Assembly (NCBI GenBank): GCA_034780895.1
Contig: JAUZTB010000107.1
Location: forward strand, 92,928,510-92,992,509
Length of the DNA stretch: 64,000 nucleotides
Reading direction: 5' to 3'
Source of the DNA: Rhynchobatus australiae
Lineage: Eukaryota
This document shows positions 1 to 11,686 of this stretch, piece by piece (the stretch's first letter is position 1; every line of letters begins with the position of its first letter). Both the position numbers and the translations under genes were made by a program. Below the pieces are notes generated by a model. That model saw only the letters and a program-made list of their open reading frames with translations, searched no databases and was not told the origin of the DNA.

Positions 1-174
1 GCTACCTCATTAAATATATTTAAGACACAGTTAGATAGATTTTTGCATAGTAGGGGAATTAAGGGTTATGGGGAAAATGCAGGTGGGTGGATTTGAGTCC
101 ATGGCCACGATCCACGATCTTATTGAATGGCGGAGCAGGCTCGATGGGCCAGATGGCCTATTCCTATTTCTTAT
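1..174 (+). mobile_element. CR1/HER1-like LINE 3' end
   Basis: …tttaagacacagttagatagattt…aagggttatggggaaa…gaatggcggagcaggctcgatgggcc… is a typical CR1 ORF2 end and 3' UTR. Confidence 0.8.
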
Positions 175-175
175 T

Positions 176-860
176 GCCTTCAATGCAGAGTGCAATCTTT
201 GGCCAGATGAGGAAAAGGATATTTGAAGATCAAAAATTCAGACTTGACACAAAACTCATGGTGTACCAGGCAGCAGTGATCCCTGACATCCCATTTTCTA
301 CTGAGACTTGGACAACTTATAGCAGGGACTGGAAAAAAAAATCACCAAGGCTGTCTCTATAAAGTCCTCCAAATTCACTGAAGGAAAAGGAAAATGTTGT
401 CAGTGCCCTGTCCCATGCCAACACCTCCAGTATTGAAGCCCTGGTAACACCCAGTTGGCTACTTTTGGGAGGCTGCATTGTTCATATGCCCAGACTTCTG
501 ATAAAGACACTCTATCAAGAGGTAACCAGGCAGATGAAGGAAAAGATTCAAAGATGTTCTCAAAGTCCCCATGATTCCCACTGACACCTGGGAATCTCTG
601 GCCCTTGGCTGCTTAGTGTGTAGAAGGAGCCTTCAGGATTTATTGTCAAACTTTCTCCATGCATGGGGAGTACACAGACCCTGTGTAAGTGATAGCCAGA
701 GTGCAGCACATCACAAACATTCCAACTACCACTCTTTACAACATATGTTGCCCCGCCTGTGGAAGTGTCTGCATTTCCCACATTTTACTCATTGTCCACC
801 TCACAACCCACAAAACCATAGTGGAAGCAGATCATCCTTATCCCAAATGATTGACTAACA
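176..860 (+). mobile_element. RTE-clade LINE fragment (RT C-terminal region), degenerate
   Basis: ORF 87..362 contains SAIFGQMRKRIFEDQKFRLDTKLMVYQAAVIP..ETWTTYSR, and downstream frames give IPTDTWESLA. Both are typical of RTE ORF ends. Confidence 0.8.
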
Positions 861-2039
861 AGAAGAAAGTATGCCTAAAGAATTTTTCCATTTTAACAGT
901 TTACTTTGACAAGAAGCAAAAAAAAGTGAACAATCACGTATCAAAATTGCTTTCTTGCCCAATGTTGACTCTCAGGCTTTGAGAGTGAATCAGTCTTAAA
1001 TCAGAGTGTGNNNNNNNNNNNNNNNNNNNNNNNNNNNNNNNNNNNNNNNNNNNNNNNNNNNNNNNNNNNNNNNNNNNNNNNNNNNNNNNNNNNNNNNNNN
1101 NNNNNNNNNNNNNNNNNNNNNNNNNNNNNNNNNNNNNNNNNNNNNNNNNNNNNNNNNNNNNNNNNNNNNNNNNNNNNNNNNNNNNNNNNNNNNNNNNNNN
1201 NNNNNNNNNNNNNNNNNNNNNNNNNNNNNNNNNNNNNNNNNNNNNNNNNNNNNNNNNNNNNNNNNNNNNNNNNNNNNNNNNNNNNNNNNNNNNNNNNNNN
1301 NNNNNNNNNNNNNNNNNNNNNNNNNNNNNNNNNNNNNNNNNNNNNNNNNNNNNNNNNNNNNNNNNNNNNNNNNNNNNNNNNNNNNNNNNNNNNNNNNNNN
1401 NNNNNNNNNNNNNNNNNNNNNNNNNNNNNNNNNNNNNNNNNNNNNNNNNNNNNGGAACATTTAACTTTATTTCAGTAGTGCTCAGAAACAGAATGTCACT
1501 CGAGATTGAGCACGATTTGCTTCCACTCTGGGTGATTTGTAGGTTCAGTGGTGGAGAATAAGGCCAATGCAATAGAATGAAAGAAATCAGAATAGATTTT
1601 TTATCAATTTGTCTCAAAATAAAAGTCTCAATAGAAAGGAAAATTTGGAGAGATGCGTGATGAAAGTGCCAAAGTGATATTGTTACTTATCTAGTCACCA
1701 GATGTTAAAATTCTACTCATTTTATTTTCACATCTGTTCCCTAACAAGAAAAGTGGGATGTTTACATCTCTTTGATAGCTATTTTTAAAGTCTTGCCCTT
1801 GAAGTAACAATCTGTAACTTGTGTGGCAGACTTTCTTTTAAGCATCTGAGCAACCAGGAAACTCCAAAGTGAAATCCAAAGGTCCTGTGTCCTCAAATCA
1901 GCTTTGGTAATGCAACTTCTGTGGCTTATGTAATAGGTGTGTAGCCCTTTAAGAGTTGGAGAAATGATCAAGTGTTCTCTATGTTATTAATGCATTGGAG
2001 AAAAAATAAGAAACTTGTATAAGTCTGGCATGCTGGGCA

Positions 2040-2305
2040 GGTTCCATCACTCTACCATTAACAACTCATTACACAGACCATGAAGCTTAATGTGCTGGTC
2101 ACCACTGCCATTAAACCATTTTGACTCATCCTTTCACATCCTTTGTTCTACACATCTCTCCCCCACCTTCTCTCCTCCTGAAAATTAACTTGCATCTCTC
2201 TCTTTTCAAGTTCCGATAAAGGGTCACAGATCCAAAACATTGACTGCTTTGCTGTCCAAGATGCTGCCTGACCTGCTGAGTTTTTCCAGTATTGTCTGTG
2301 TTTGT
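2040..2305 (+). mobile_element. Penelope-like element (PLE) terminal fragment with decayed hammerhead motif
   Basis: ttccgataaagggtcacagatccaaaacattgactg…gatgctgcctgacctgctgag; same family as the other copies in the window. Confidence 0.6.
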
Positions 2306-2307
2306 TT

Positions 2308-2500
2308 GGTGGAATGTGAGCTGCGAGGAGGATGCTTTATATAAGTTGGGTCAGTAGGCAAATGGATGGCAGAAGCTGTTTTATTTGGATCAATGTAAGA
2401 TTATCCACTTTGGTTCATGAAACAGAAAGACAGGTTATTATCTGAATGGTGACGGATGAGGGAAAGGAAGGTACAATGAGACCCGGGTGATCTTGTAAAC
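2308..2500 (+). mobile_element. CR1-like LINE RT fragment
   Basis: …ttatccactttgg…ttattatctgaatggtga…; parallels the 4344-4440 copy. Confidence 0.65.
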
Positions 2501-3916
2501 TATTCCTCAAGTGGAAGATTTAAAACTCTGAGTCCAGCAGTCTTTCTGTACTTGGATGCAGAGGTGCAGAACAGTGCAGGGGAGCAACTGTAAGTGGCCA
2601 AAAGACAGATACACTGCAACAACAAAGGTGCCAAATTCCTGCCACCACAAAGAGTTCGAGACACAGTGAAGATAAAGCCCACATCCCATATGCCAGAAGA
2701 CAGTGGTGACTTGACACACACCACAATGCAGATTATAACAAGTCACAGGGAGGAGGGTCTCCCATTATCAGGGGACAAGAATCCATCTCTGAAAGGCTAT
2801 GGGAGAGGTTGGCTTGATGTTAGCAAAGATGGAGGTACCAGAAGACACACGACTAATCCTGCCCAGCTGGAACACCACAACCTGAGAACTCAATCAGATC
2901 AGGGAGAGCAGTTCATTGACCCAAAGAACATAATGAGTACATGTTACTTGGCTCAGTGAGTCTGTTTCTTGAATAAAATACTTTTGTTTGTTCGGTTAAA
3001 TAACCAGCTACCCTCTGATATCATAAGGAACAAACGAGAGAAGATACTAAGCCTGAAAGGGTATCAGAGATGTCTTTTGAATCAGAATCAATTTGCATTA
3101 AGGATTTAAAACAGTGATAATAAAAAGGCATGATATGAATGTTGGTTTGATAGATGGGAAGGACACTCTGGAATCCAGAAGGCACCTTGACTTACTGACG
3201 CAGAGCCACTCTCTCACGATTCATTGGCTCTTGATATGCTGCTGAAAGCACAAAAAGCAAATCATTTTGCAAAGCTGAATGCGCAAAGATAAAGCAGAGA
3301 CTGGAGCGTAAAGGGATTCCATCTGATACCATGGTTTGGTCACTGGAAATCTCTTTTTGTTCTTTTTCCAGCCACGGGTCAGAAGGCTCTGCCCGTTCCA
3401 ATCTCTAAATTAAATGATTTCAGTCAAAACAAAAGCTTCAACCCAAGTGACTTTGATTTTACTTTAGAATAAGATCTGTGAACAACAGAAGCCAGATGCA
3501 ACCCAGAAAACAATGCACAGCCTATATCATACAGTGACACATGACTGATGTGTGTGACCATCAACATTTCTTCGACCCTCAGTTTTCAAAGTCCATTTTT
3601 GGGTCTCATGGTGTTGGGAAATGACTTATGGCCATCTATTGTTGGTGTGAACTCATTGTATTAAATACCTTCGACTAATTTTCCCAGATTTCAATTCAAA
3701 ACTCAGCTTCAAAGTCAGAAACTTGGTACCAACCCAACATTAAATCAGCAGGTGAACCCGACATGAGCTAGTAATTCAGTGGGATTTTCCAACATTCTTT
3801 CACTCATGGAAGTACAGTAAAGAACAAAAGTAACTTCTGTCTCACTTTAAACTGATGATGAGTTTCATTAAAAAGGTTTGACAGATATATGCTAAACATA
3901 TACAGTCTATATCCCA

Positions 3917-4335
3917 GAATCATAGAAACTTATAGCACATCAGACAACTATTTGTACTATTGTGTCAATGGCACCTAAGAAAGAGAGCTATTGAGATTAA
4001 TCCCAAGTCCAAGCCCTTGCTCCATAACCTTGTAGGTTACAGCACATCAACTCAGTCAGGTAGCTTTTTAAATATGATGAAGAATTCTGCCTCCGTCATT
4101 CTTTCAGACAGTAAATTACAGACCCCACCATTTTAGTTTGCATTCTATTTCCCTAAACTCTCCTCCAAACTTTCTACCCATTATTTTAAATCAATTCCCA
4201 CAATTTTTTGATCTCTCTGCTTAGGAAAGTGTTATTCTCATAAATCCTTTTCAAACCATTCAAAATTACACACTCCCCAATTAAATCTCTCCTCTGTCTC
4301 CTTTGTTCTTAAGGAAACAACCCCTGCATACCTAA
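3917..4335 (-). mobile_element. CR1-like LINE 3' fragment
   Basis: Starts agaatcatagaaac (reverse CR1 tail) followed by reverse ORF2 C-terminal sequence. Confidence 0.6.
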
Positions 4336-4343
4336 CAATATAA

Positions 4344-5140
4344 AGTTATCCACTTTGAGGTGGAAAACAGGCGGCTGAGTGTTATTTAGATGGTGAGAGA
4401 TTTGGGAAATGTTGATGTACAAGGGGTGTCCTTGTAAACCACTCTCTGAAAGCAAATATGCAGGTGAGAAGCAAAATGGTCTTCATTTCAAATAGCTTTG
4501 TGTACAGGATACCTGTCTATAATTATACAGAGCTTTGGTGAGACCACACCTGAAGTATTGTGTGCCATTTTGGTCTTTTTGCCTTAGAAATTGTGCACTT
4601 GCCATAGACAGAAGCAGTGAAAGTTTACCAGACTAATTCCTGGAATAGCAGAACTGTCATATGAGAAGAGATTGAGTTTGCAAGCCCTGTATGTGTGCAA
4701 GTTTATAAGAATAAGAGGAGACCTTAGTCATACGTACAAAATTCTGNNNNNNNNNNNNNNNNNNNNNNNNNNNNNNNNNNNNNNNNNNNNNNNNNNNNNN
4801 NNNNNNNNNNNNNNNNNNNNNNNNNNNNNNNNNNNNNNNNNNNNNNNNNNNTGAGATATAGCACTGAGATAAGGAGAATTTTTTTTCACTCAGAAGGTGA
4901 GAGGGTGGTGAACCTGTGGAATTATTCTCCATAGAAGGCAGCAAAAGCCATGAAGCTGAATATAATTAAGAAGAAGATAGAAAAACATCTAAACACAAAA
5001 GGCATCAAGGGGTATGGGAAGAAAGCAGGAATATGGTATTAAGATAAATGATGATCCACGATTGCACTGAATGGCAGAACAGTCTGAAGGAGCAAAATGG
5101 CTTACACCTGCTGCTCTATTTCCATGTGTCTATGTTTCTA
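4344..5140 (+). mobile_element. CR1-like LINE 3' ~800 bp, interrupted by gap 4747-4851
   Basis: gctttggtgagaccacacctgaagtattgtgtg (LVRPHLEYC-like), ttcactcagaagg, and a 3' UTR like that at 1-174. Confidence 0.8.
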
Positions 5141-5449
5141 TTTTATTCCTGGGCTGAAATCCTGCACCTTCAACTTATTTTGCTTGCAGCACCTCCAGCT
5201 CAATTTTCAGGTTTTACTCTGGTATCCTGCAATATGTAAGTTCAGCCAGAGCCTGGAAACCACAGTGATTACTGCTGGCCAAAGGCAAACTTCATCATCC
5301 TGTCTCTGATTCATGACAGAGTGTACACTAAACGTGATGGTTCAAACCCCCTCAATGTCCCATTAAAGTTCTGAATGCAGTTGTAGATTCAGGATAGATA
5401 TTAGAGAAAAATGGAAAGGCCACAGTGTTTGAAAATCAAAAAAACTGCA

Positions 5450-5606
5450 GATGCCAAAAATCAGAAACGGAAAACAGAAAATGCAGGAAACACTCAGCAG
5501 GTCAGGCAGCATCTGTGGAAAGAGACATAATGTTAATGTTTCAGGTCAAAAGACCTTTCATCAGAACTGGCTTACTAAATGTTTCCAGCATTTTCTGTTA
5601 TTTTTT
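5450..5606 (-). mobile_element. PLE-derived short fold-back insertion with hammerhead motif (5531-5570)
   Basis: Minus strand: agtt CTGATGA a aggtc tttt gacct GAAAC att aaca. Confidence 0.75.
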
Positions 5607-6279
5607 AGAAGAGGAAAATAATAATCTGTGATAAACCAGTCGATATCATTTCTTGTGGGGGAAATAAATTTCATGCCTGGAAGTGAGCCATTGAAAGGAA
5701 AATACAGGGTAGAATTGCAAGGCATGTAAATGTGCAAAGTTTAAGATCAAAATTCCAGTGCTTTACTTCTCTAAAGATATTCCATTTATTGTACTTTACA
5801 TATAGAACAAGACAAATCCTTTGTTCTAACTGAAATTAAAATCCTTTAATCTACTGGCTGGAGTGATACAAATATTGAAAAGATTATTGTACTGGACAGC
5901 TTTGACAAAACTATGATAATTCTTTACAAGTTCAACCTTTATTGATGACACCTGAAGTCTTAGTGCGTTACCCAAAGCAGTAAACATGTTGTTATTACAG
6001 AGTGAAATTGAACACCAGGTTAACACCTCTGGTTTTCTATTTTGTGTCTTATTTGTTTAGCAAAATGCAGCTGTTCTCTAAAACAGTTCTTCCTTTAACA
6101 TTCTGGCTGAGCTGGGAGCTACTCTTGTGGTATAACATGCACAAACTAGTAATTCCAGAATTAAGATAATGAGTACCTATAGTTGTTCCATCATGTTAAG
6201 GTTTCCTTGATTTGATTCCAGTGTGTGATTGAAGATGCCTTACAACTTTGCAACATCAGATGAGATTGAAAGGATGTGA

Positions 6280-6670
6280 ATGTCACTGGCATTGCCGACA
6301 TTATTGTCCATCCATAAACACCCTTGAACTAAGGAGGCAGTAATGAGTCAACAATTTTGGTGAGTCAGGAGTTAAATATAGGCTAATTTAGGTAGAAATG
6401 GCAAATTAAAATAAAAAAGAAACTGCAGTTGCAGGAATTATGGCAGATTTCCTTCCCTAAAGGATATTAGTTAACCAGATAGGTTTTTACAACAATCTGG
6501 TAGTTTCATGGTTGCTGTAACTGAGACTGGCTTCTTTTAAAATTCCAGATTTTTATTTAGTTGCTTGAATTTAAATTCCCTAGCTGCCATGGTAGCATTG
6601 AAACTCATGCCTCCGTATCAGTGGTCCAGAACTCTAGTTGTTAATCCAGTAACATGACCACTCCACTCCC
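6280..6670 (-). mobile_element. tRNA-derived SINE with CR1/L2-type tail, copy 1
   Basis: Shares ttccttccctaaagga(t/c)atta…ccagat…acaacaatctg with 45560-45885; tRNA-like head at the right end. Confidence 0.6.
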
Positions 6671-7865
6671 AACTGGTGCCCAACTGTGCCTTCTGGAAAA
6701 GTACATATTTGGCTCTTGAGCAAAGATGGGATGGGTTTTGGCTCTGATGTTCCTTTGAATTAATAGCCCATTAAGACCGAGTAGTGAGGCTCAGCTGACA
6801 AGTAGTGGCTGCTTCAATAAGCTACCAGAAAGTGTGCAGTATCTGCAGATCTGGATCCCAGCGAGGAGTCAAAGCCTTCAGGGGGAAATGGAGATGTGAG
6901 AAAGCAAGTACTTCACGTTAACTGGTTTGCCCTTTTCAATATTGTTAGTTACAACCTCAAAACCTTTAACAAATATGGTCTCCTTTTCATTAACCCATGT
7001 TGACTCTGCCTAGTCTCAATATTATTGTCTAATTATCTCCTTACTACTGCCGTAAAGGTAGATCCTATTGATGACAACCTCACTAGTCAGTACTTCCATA
7101 TTTTCTCCCTCCTTCCTTTGTTAAATGCTGGGGTTACATTTTATATTGTCCAATCTGTGGGAATCAACCCAGAATCTACGGTACGCCATTATCTCTGAAC
7201 TTGCTCCTTCAAAACCTTGGTATATATGTCAACTGCTCCTTGGATTTTATCAGTTTCTTATTTCTTGTTTCTCTGAGACCCTTTTTTTTAAACGAATGCT
7301 AATTTCTTTTAGCTCATTGTTCTCTTTTGACCAGTTCTTATCCACTATTTGATTTCATTCAGTTGATTGCAATGCAATTTTTTCAAAGGTTTTTGTTACT
7401 TTGTAATTCTAATCATTTACAATCAGCATTAATTTTCAATTGTTTACTTCTTCCTGGATGTTTTGCTTGTGAATCAAGCAAAAGCTTTGACAGGCAGTGA
7501 GCCCAGGAGGGTGAGAGAGTGGTATGCACTAACCATCTGGCAAGGACTTTCCTGAGAGTGAAGCTTACCATTTGCATTCAGAGAAGCCCAGAGGATAAGC
7601 AAAGATGGGCCTTACTCATGAGCTGGAACCAGCCCTTTGGAGGAGAGCATGAACTGGGGCCATACTGAACGAAGTATCAGGATCCAGAGACAGCCAATAT
7701 GGTGGCTCACCATTCATTTGTAAAAGGAAGGACCAAACTAATCCCAGTGTTCTCAGGAAGAGCTTCTCTAAACAGATGCCAACTTATTTTTTAAAGGTTT
7801 AGCACAGAGAAAATATCAACCTGAAGATTCAGCCAAGTTACTGTGATCACCTAGTCACGCTGCTA

Positions 7866-8650
7866 AGAACAAAAGAACATAGGAAAATAAGAAATAGGAG
7901 GTAGTAGCCCATTTGATCCTTTACACCTGCTCTTCTTTCCATCAAGATTATGGTTGTAGCACACAAAAAGCTGGAGGAACTGAGCAGGTCAGACAGCATC
8001 TATGAAGGGAAATGGACAGTCGACGTTTCAGGTCAAGACCCTCCATTGCCCTTCATTCCAGCATCTGCAGTCTCTTGCGTCTCCAAGCTTATGGTTGGTC
8101 TTTTACCCCAGCAACACCTTCCTCTCATTCATCTAAACTCTTGACGCCATTGGCCTCTTTTGCTCAATATCTCCTCATGTGGCAAACCTATCATCCCCGG
8201 ACCCAGACTACTTCATCTTTGACACACTCCCTCTATGGCAAGTATATCCATTATTTAAGCAAGGAAACCAAACTTGTAAAAAATAGCCCATGCAGCCTCA
8301 ACAAGCCCTAATATAATTACAATATTTTTTTTCCTCAGATATGCAAATCCTCTTGTAATAAAGGCCAACATACCATCCGTCTTCTGGATCCCTTGCTGCA
8401 CCTATATGTGACCTTCAGTTACTTATTATAAGGACAACTAGGTCTCTTTGAACATCCAAATTACCTAAATTCTTACAAGTTAAAAACTACTTTGCTTTTC
8501 TATCTTGTGCATAATTGCACATTTTTCCAGGTGTTATTCTATCTGCTATGTTCTTGCCTATTCACACAGCTTGTCCATTTCCCTTTGAACCCTCTGTACA
8601 TCTTCCATCTCTATTCACTGTCCCACTTTGTTTTATAGCATCAACAAACT
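7866..8650 (-). mobile_element. CR1-like LINE fragment interrupted by a PLE insertion
   Basis: agaacaaaagaacataggaa tail; aataaaggccaacataccat; reverse RT sequence. Confidence 0.65.
7957..8083. mobile_element. PLE-derived short fold-back insertion with 14-bp TSD
   Basis: Flanked by caagattatggttg (7943-7956) and caagcttatggttg (8084-8097). Confidence 0.8.
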
Positions 8651-9939
8651 AGGAAAAACATTGAACTCATATACGTTTCTGAGTAACTCATCCTGCAAAA
8701 CATGCATAGGACAAACTGGAGACTTCACTAGCACTCATTTAAGCACTGAAATGCAGTTCATTACTGGCTCTGTGCATCATAAGTGTTTTTAATATTTATG
8801 GCTAAAGTGCTTTTGATTTGCTGAATGACTCAATCAGTTTTAGCTCCACCAAATGACACTATGCACACAGAAAAGGAATGAGATTTAGAGAATCATTTAT
8901 TAACTTAATATTGCTTACACCAAGATGTGGAAAATGATTCTTCCCTTAAAATTTTTTTTTAATTTAAGACTTATTGATCTGCCGAGCATAAACCAAAGTC
9001 TTTGGCAATCCCCATAGTGTCTCACAATATTTCAATTAATCTCTTTTATTATACTGCTCAATCAATGAAGGTTTAAATTCACACTGATGAAGAGGAGGAC
9101 AGCCCTTCATTCATTCTTCTAAGCACTTCTGGAATTATAATAATATTGTTTTTAGCAACAGAGGATGTCGATGAGCTCAGATGTTAACATTGTCAATGGA
9201 CAGGATTCTCATAATATCCTCAGGATGATGTCTCCTAAAAATACTTAGATCTTTTGCCTCGAGGTATTACTGATGATAATTGGATTGTGCTCCAATCAGT
9301 ATTTTTTTTAAAAACGGTCACAATATCAGGAAACAGGAGATCGCTCATCAAAGGCCATGGCTGCTTTCTGGGTCAGTTTCTCTCATCATCAGGACATGGA
9401 ATNNNNNNNNNNNNNNNNNNNNNNNNNNNNNNNNNNNNNNNNNNNNNNNNNNNNNNNNNNNNNNNNNNNNNNCTTGTTAGGGCCAAGTCATAGAGCAGCA
9501 CTGCATAATTCACCACCACACATTGCACGATCATCTTTAATCTTCACACGACAACCCTAGAGTATGATAGCAGATAAAGGTCAGGGTATTCAGCTGCAAC
9601 AGACAGCCTTCTTGGCTCAGTGTTAAAGCTTGTGGTTATGTAGGAGCTATCAAATGAAATCCATGTAGTAATAGCATGGGTAAAAATAGAACAGAAAGGC
9701 TGCTTTTGCCTGGAGTTGTTCCTATAATTGACTAATGTAAAAACATTTGCTTAGAAGTGTTAAAAGAATGTTGCTGTGCACTATTGTAGTCCAGTGCAGG
9801 TGGTTTGCAGTTCAGCTTTCATGGGACCAGTAAGCTATCCAGCAATGAGTCTATTTGTAATGGATTAAACTGCCGTATGGCAATGGGTCGGAAGTACTGT
9901 GAGGCCAGACATATGCAAAGCAAAAGGTCACAAAAAATA

Positions 9940-10290
9940 CTTGCTTTTGCATAATGCCTATAATGTAGTAAAATACCCAAAGGTCCTTGTCAAGAACACT
10001 ATCAAACAAAATTTGGCACCTACGTGCATAAAGGTCCAATGGCCTGAAAGTGTGATCACCAAGTTCTCAAACTGCCTTAAAAGAGAAGAGAGAAGTTGAA
10101 AGACAGGAAGATTAAGGAAGGGAATTCCAGAAGTTAGGTGGAGGGAGGGCCAACATTGGTGGAATGATTCAAATGGAGGTTGCACATGGACAAGCTGGAT
10201 CCAAAGACACCCAAGTGCTATAGGCCTGGACAAGTTTACAGAAAGAGGGAGAACAGGACTGAGGCCAGAAGACTCACAGCAAGAGATTTT
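9940..10290 (-). mobile_element. L2-like LINE 3' fragment, old
   Basis: Reverse of the tail shared with the DeuSINE copies, plus gggaattccaga…. Confidence 0.45.
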
Positions 10291-11386
10291 CACCATTGCG
10301 GAATTAGTCACAATGCACTAGCGTCATGGCAGGGCTGTTCTTTAAGTGGTCAATTAAATATCAACATATTGATATACATAATACTGAACAATGTGATCTT
10401 CTGGTAAGACAGTGCCTTACATTTAATGGAGTTGTCTGTTGTATATTTACATTCCTGCATGTTGCATTCTTTGTCAGCACAGGTAACTGTCTTTCAACCG
10501 ATCATATTGCTGTGTGATCTGTGAATGAAAATATCCAGGTATGCACTCAAGCGTAATGCCCTTTAAACCTATCAAGCTTGTTTCACTAACTAGGCTCTGC
10601 ACTGTCTCATTACATCAAAAAACTTCAGTGAGTTGTGATTTGTATTGATTGAAATATAAAGTGAAGCTTAGTTTTGTCTCTGTGACACATTGATGTGGTG
10701 AGACTGCAATCAGAATAAATTTGAGGAATAAGTCATGCTTTTCTACAAATACTGGTAAAGGCCCTTCCATGTAATACTCTCATTTACAGACCCCCTTAAC
10801 CTTGTCACTGTTCCAGCCCCAGTAATGTAGGGCTTCTGGGCTGGTGCCAAGCTCCAATCAATGTTAAGATATCATTAAATATACCTTTTTGTACTTTCCT
10901 GAGAATGGCTTTATTTGTTTGACATTTTTTCTAAAGCTTCCTTTATACAATTTTTTTTGCAATACAACATATATCTGAGAAATGTTATTGTTTGCAGAAA
11001 GGTAAACTATTGGAACTCAATCATGCAAATGCAAACCAGGAATGCTACTAATCAGGGAAGCATTACTTCAGTGTTGGGCACAGGGCTTTGACTGGCTGAC
11101 ATTTCTAATGAACCATTGCTGAAGAAAATGGCAAAAACTCAAGTGGACAATATTACAACAAGGTAAGGATCTCAGAGAGGGAATTTTCTTTACCATTCTT
11201 ACCAGATTAATAACAAAATGTTGCACTAGAGCTCATTTCACTGTTGGATCTTACAAACTAAATGATCTGGTAACAGTGCCAGTTCTTCAAAGCAATTGAA
11301 TAGAAATATTACATGTGATTTTGAAAGGTTTTAATCAGACACTTCCTTGGAGATGCTCACAATCAACTGAACAACTTTGTCTGAAG

Positions 11387-11686
11387 TGAGAGAATGTTTA
11401 GCAAACTCACAGAGAACCCAAATGCAGCACAGCAATGCAAGACTGGAGTCAGGATACTTCCTCAGGACAAACACAGGCAGCAACTGGAAGGAATCTTGCC
11501 TCAGAGATCNNNNNNNNNNNNNNNNNNNNNNNNNNNNNNNNNNNNNNNNNNNNNNNNNNNNNNNNNNNNNNNNNNNNNNNNNNNNNNNNNNNNNNNNNNN
11601 NNNNNNNNNTCCAGCATGGAATCCATGTGCTGAACAACAAGGCATTAAAGGAGCCAAATTGAGGGCCAGAACTCAGAACCATGACA
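11387..11686 (-). mobile_element. Solo LTR (Gypsy-like), internal gap
   Basis: Reverse-complement homologue of 17430-17715; TG…TGACA ends; flanks gaag/gagg (4-bp TSD, 1 mismatch). Confidence 0.7.

Noticed and set aside
3192-3401. Minus-strand ORF ending near a gtaagt donor as a possible MECOM exon
   Set aside because: No similarity to MECOM and no convincing minus-strand acceptor.
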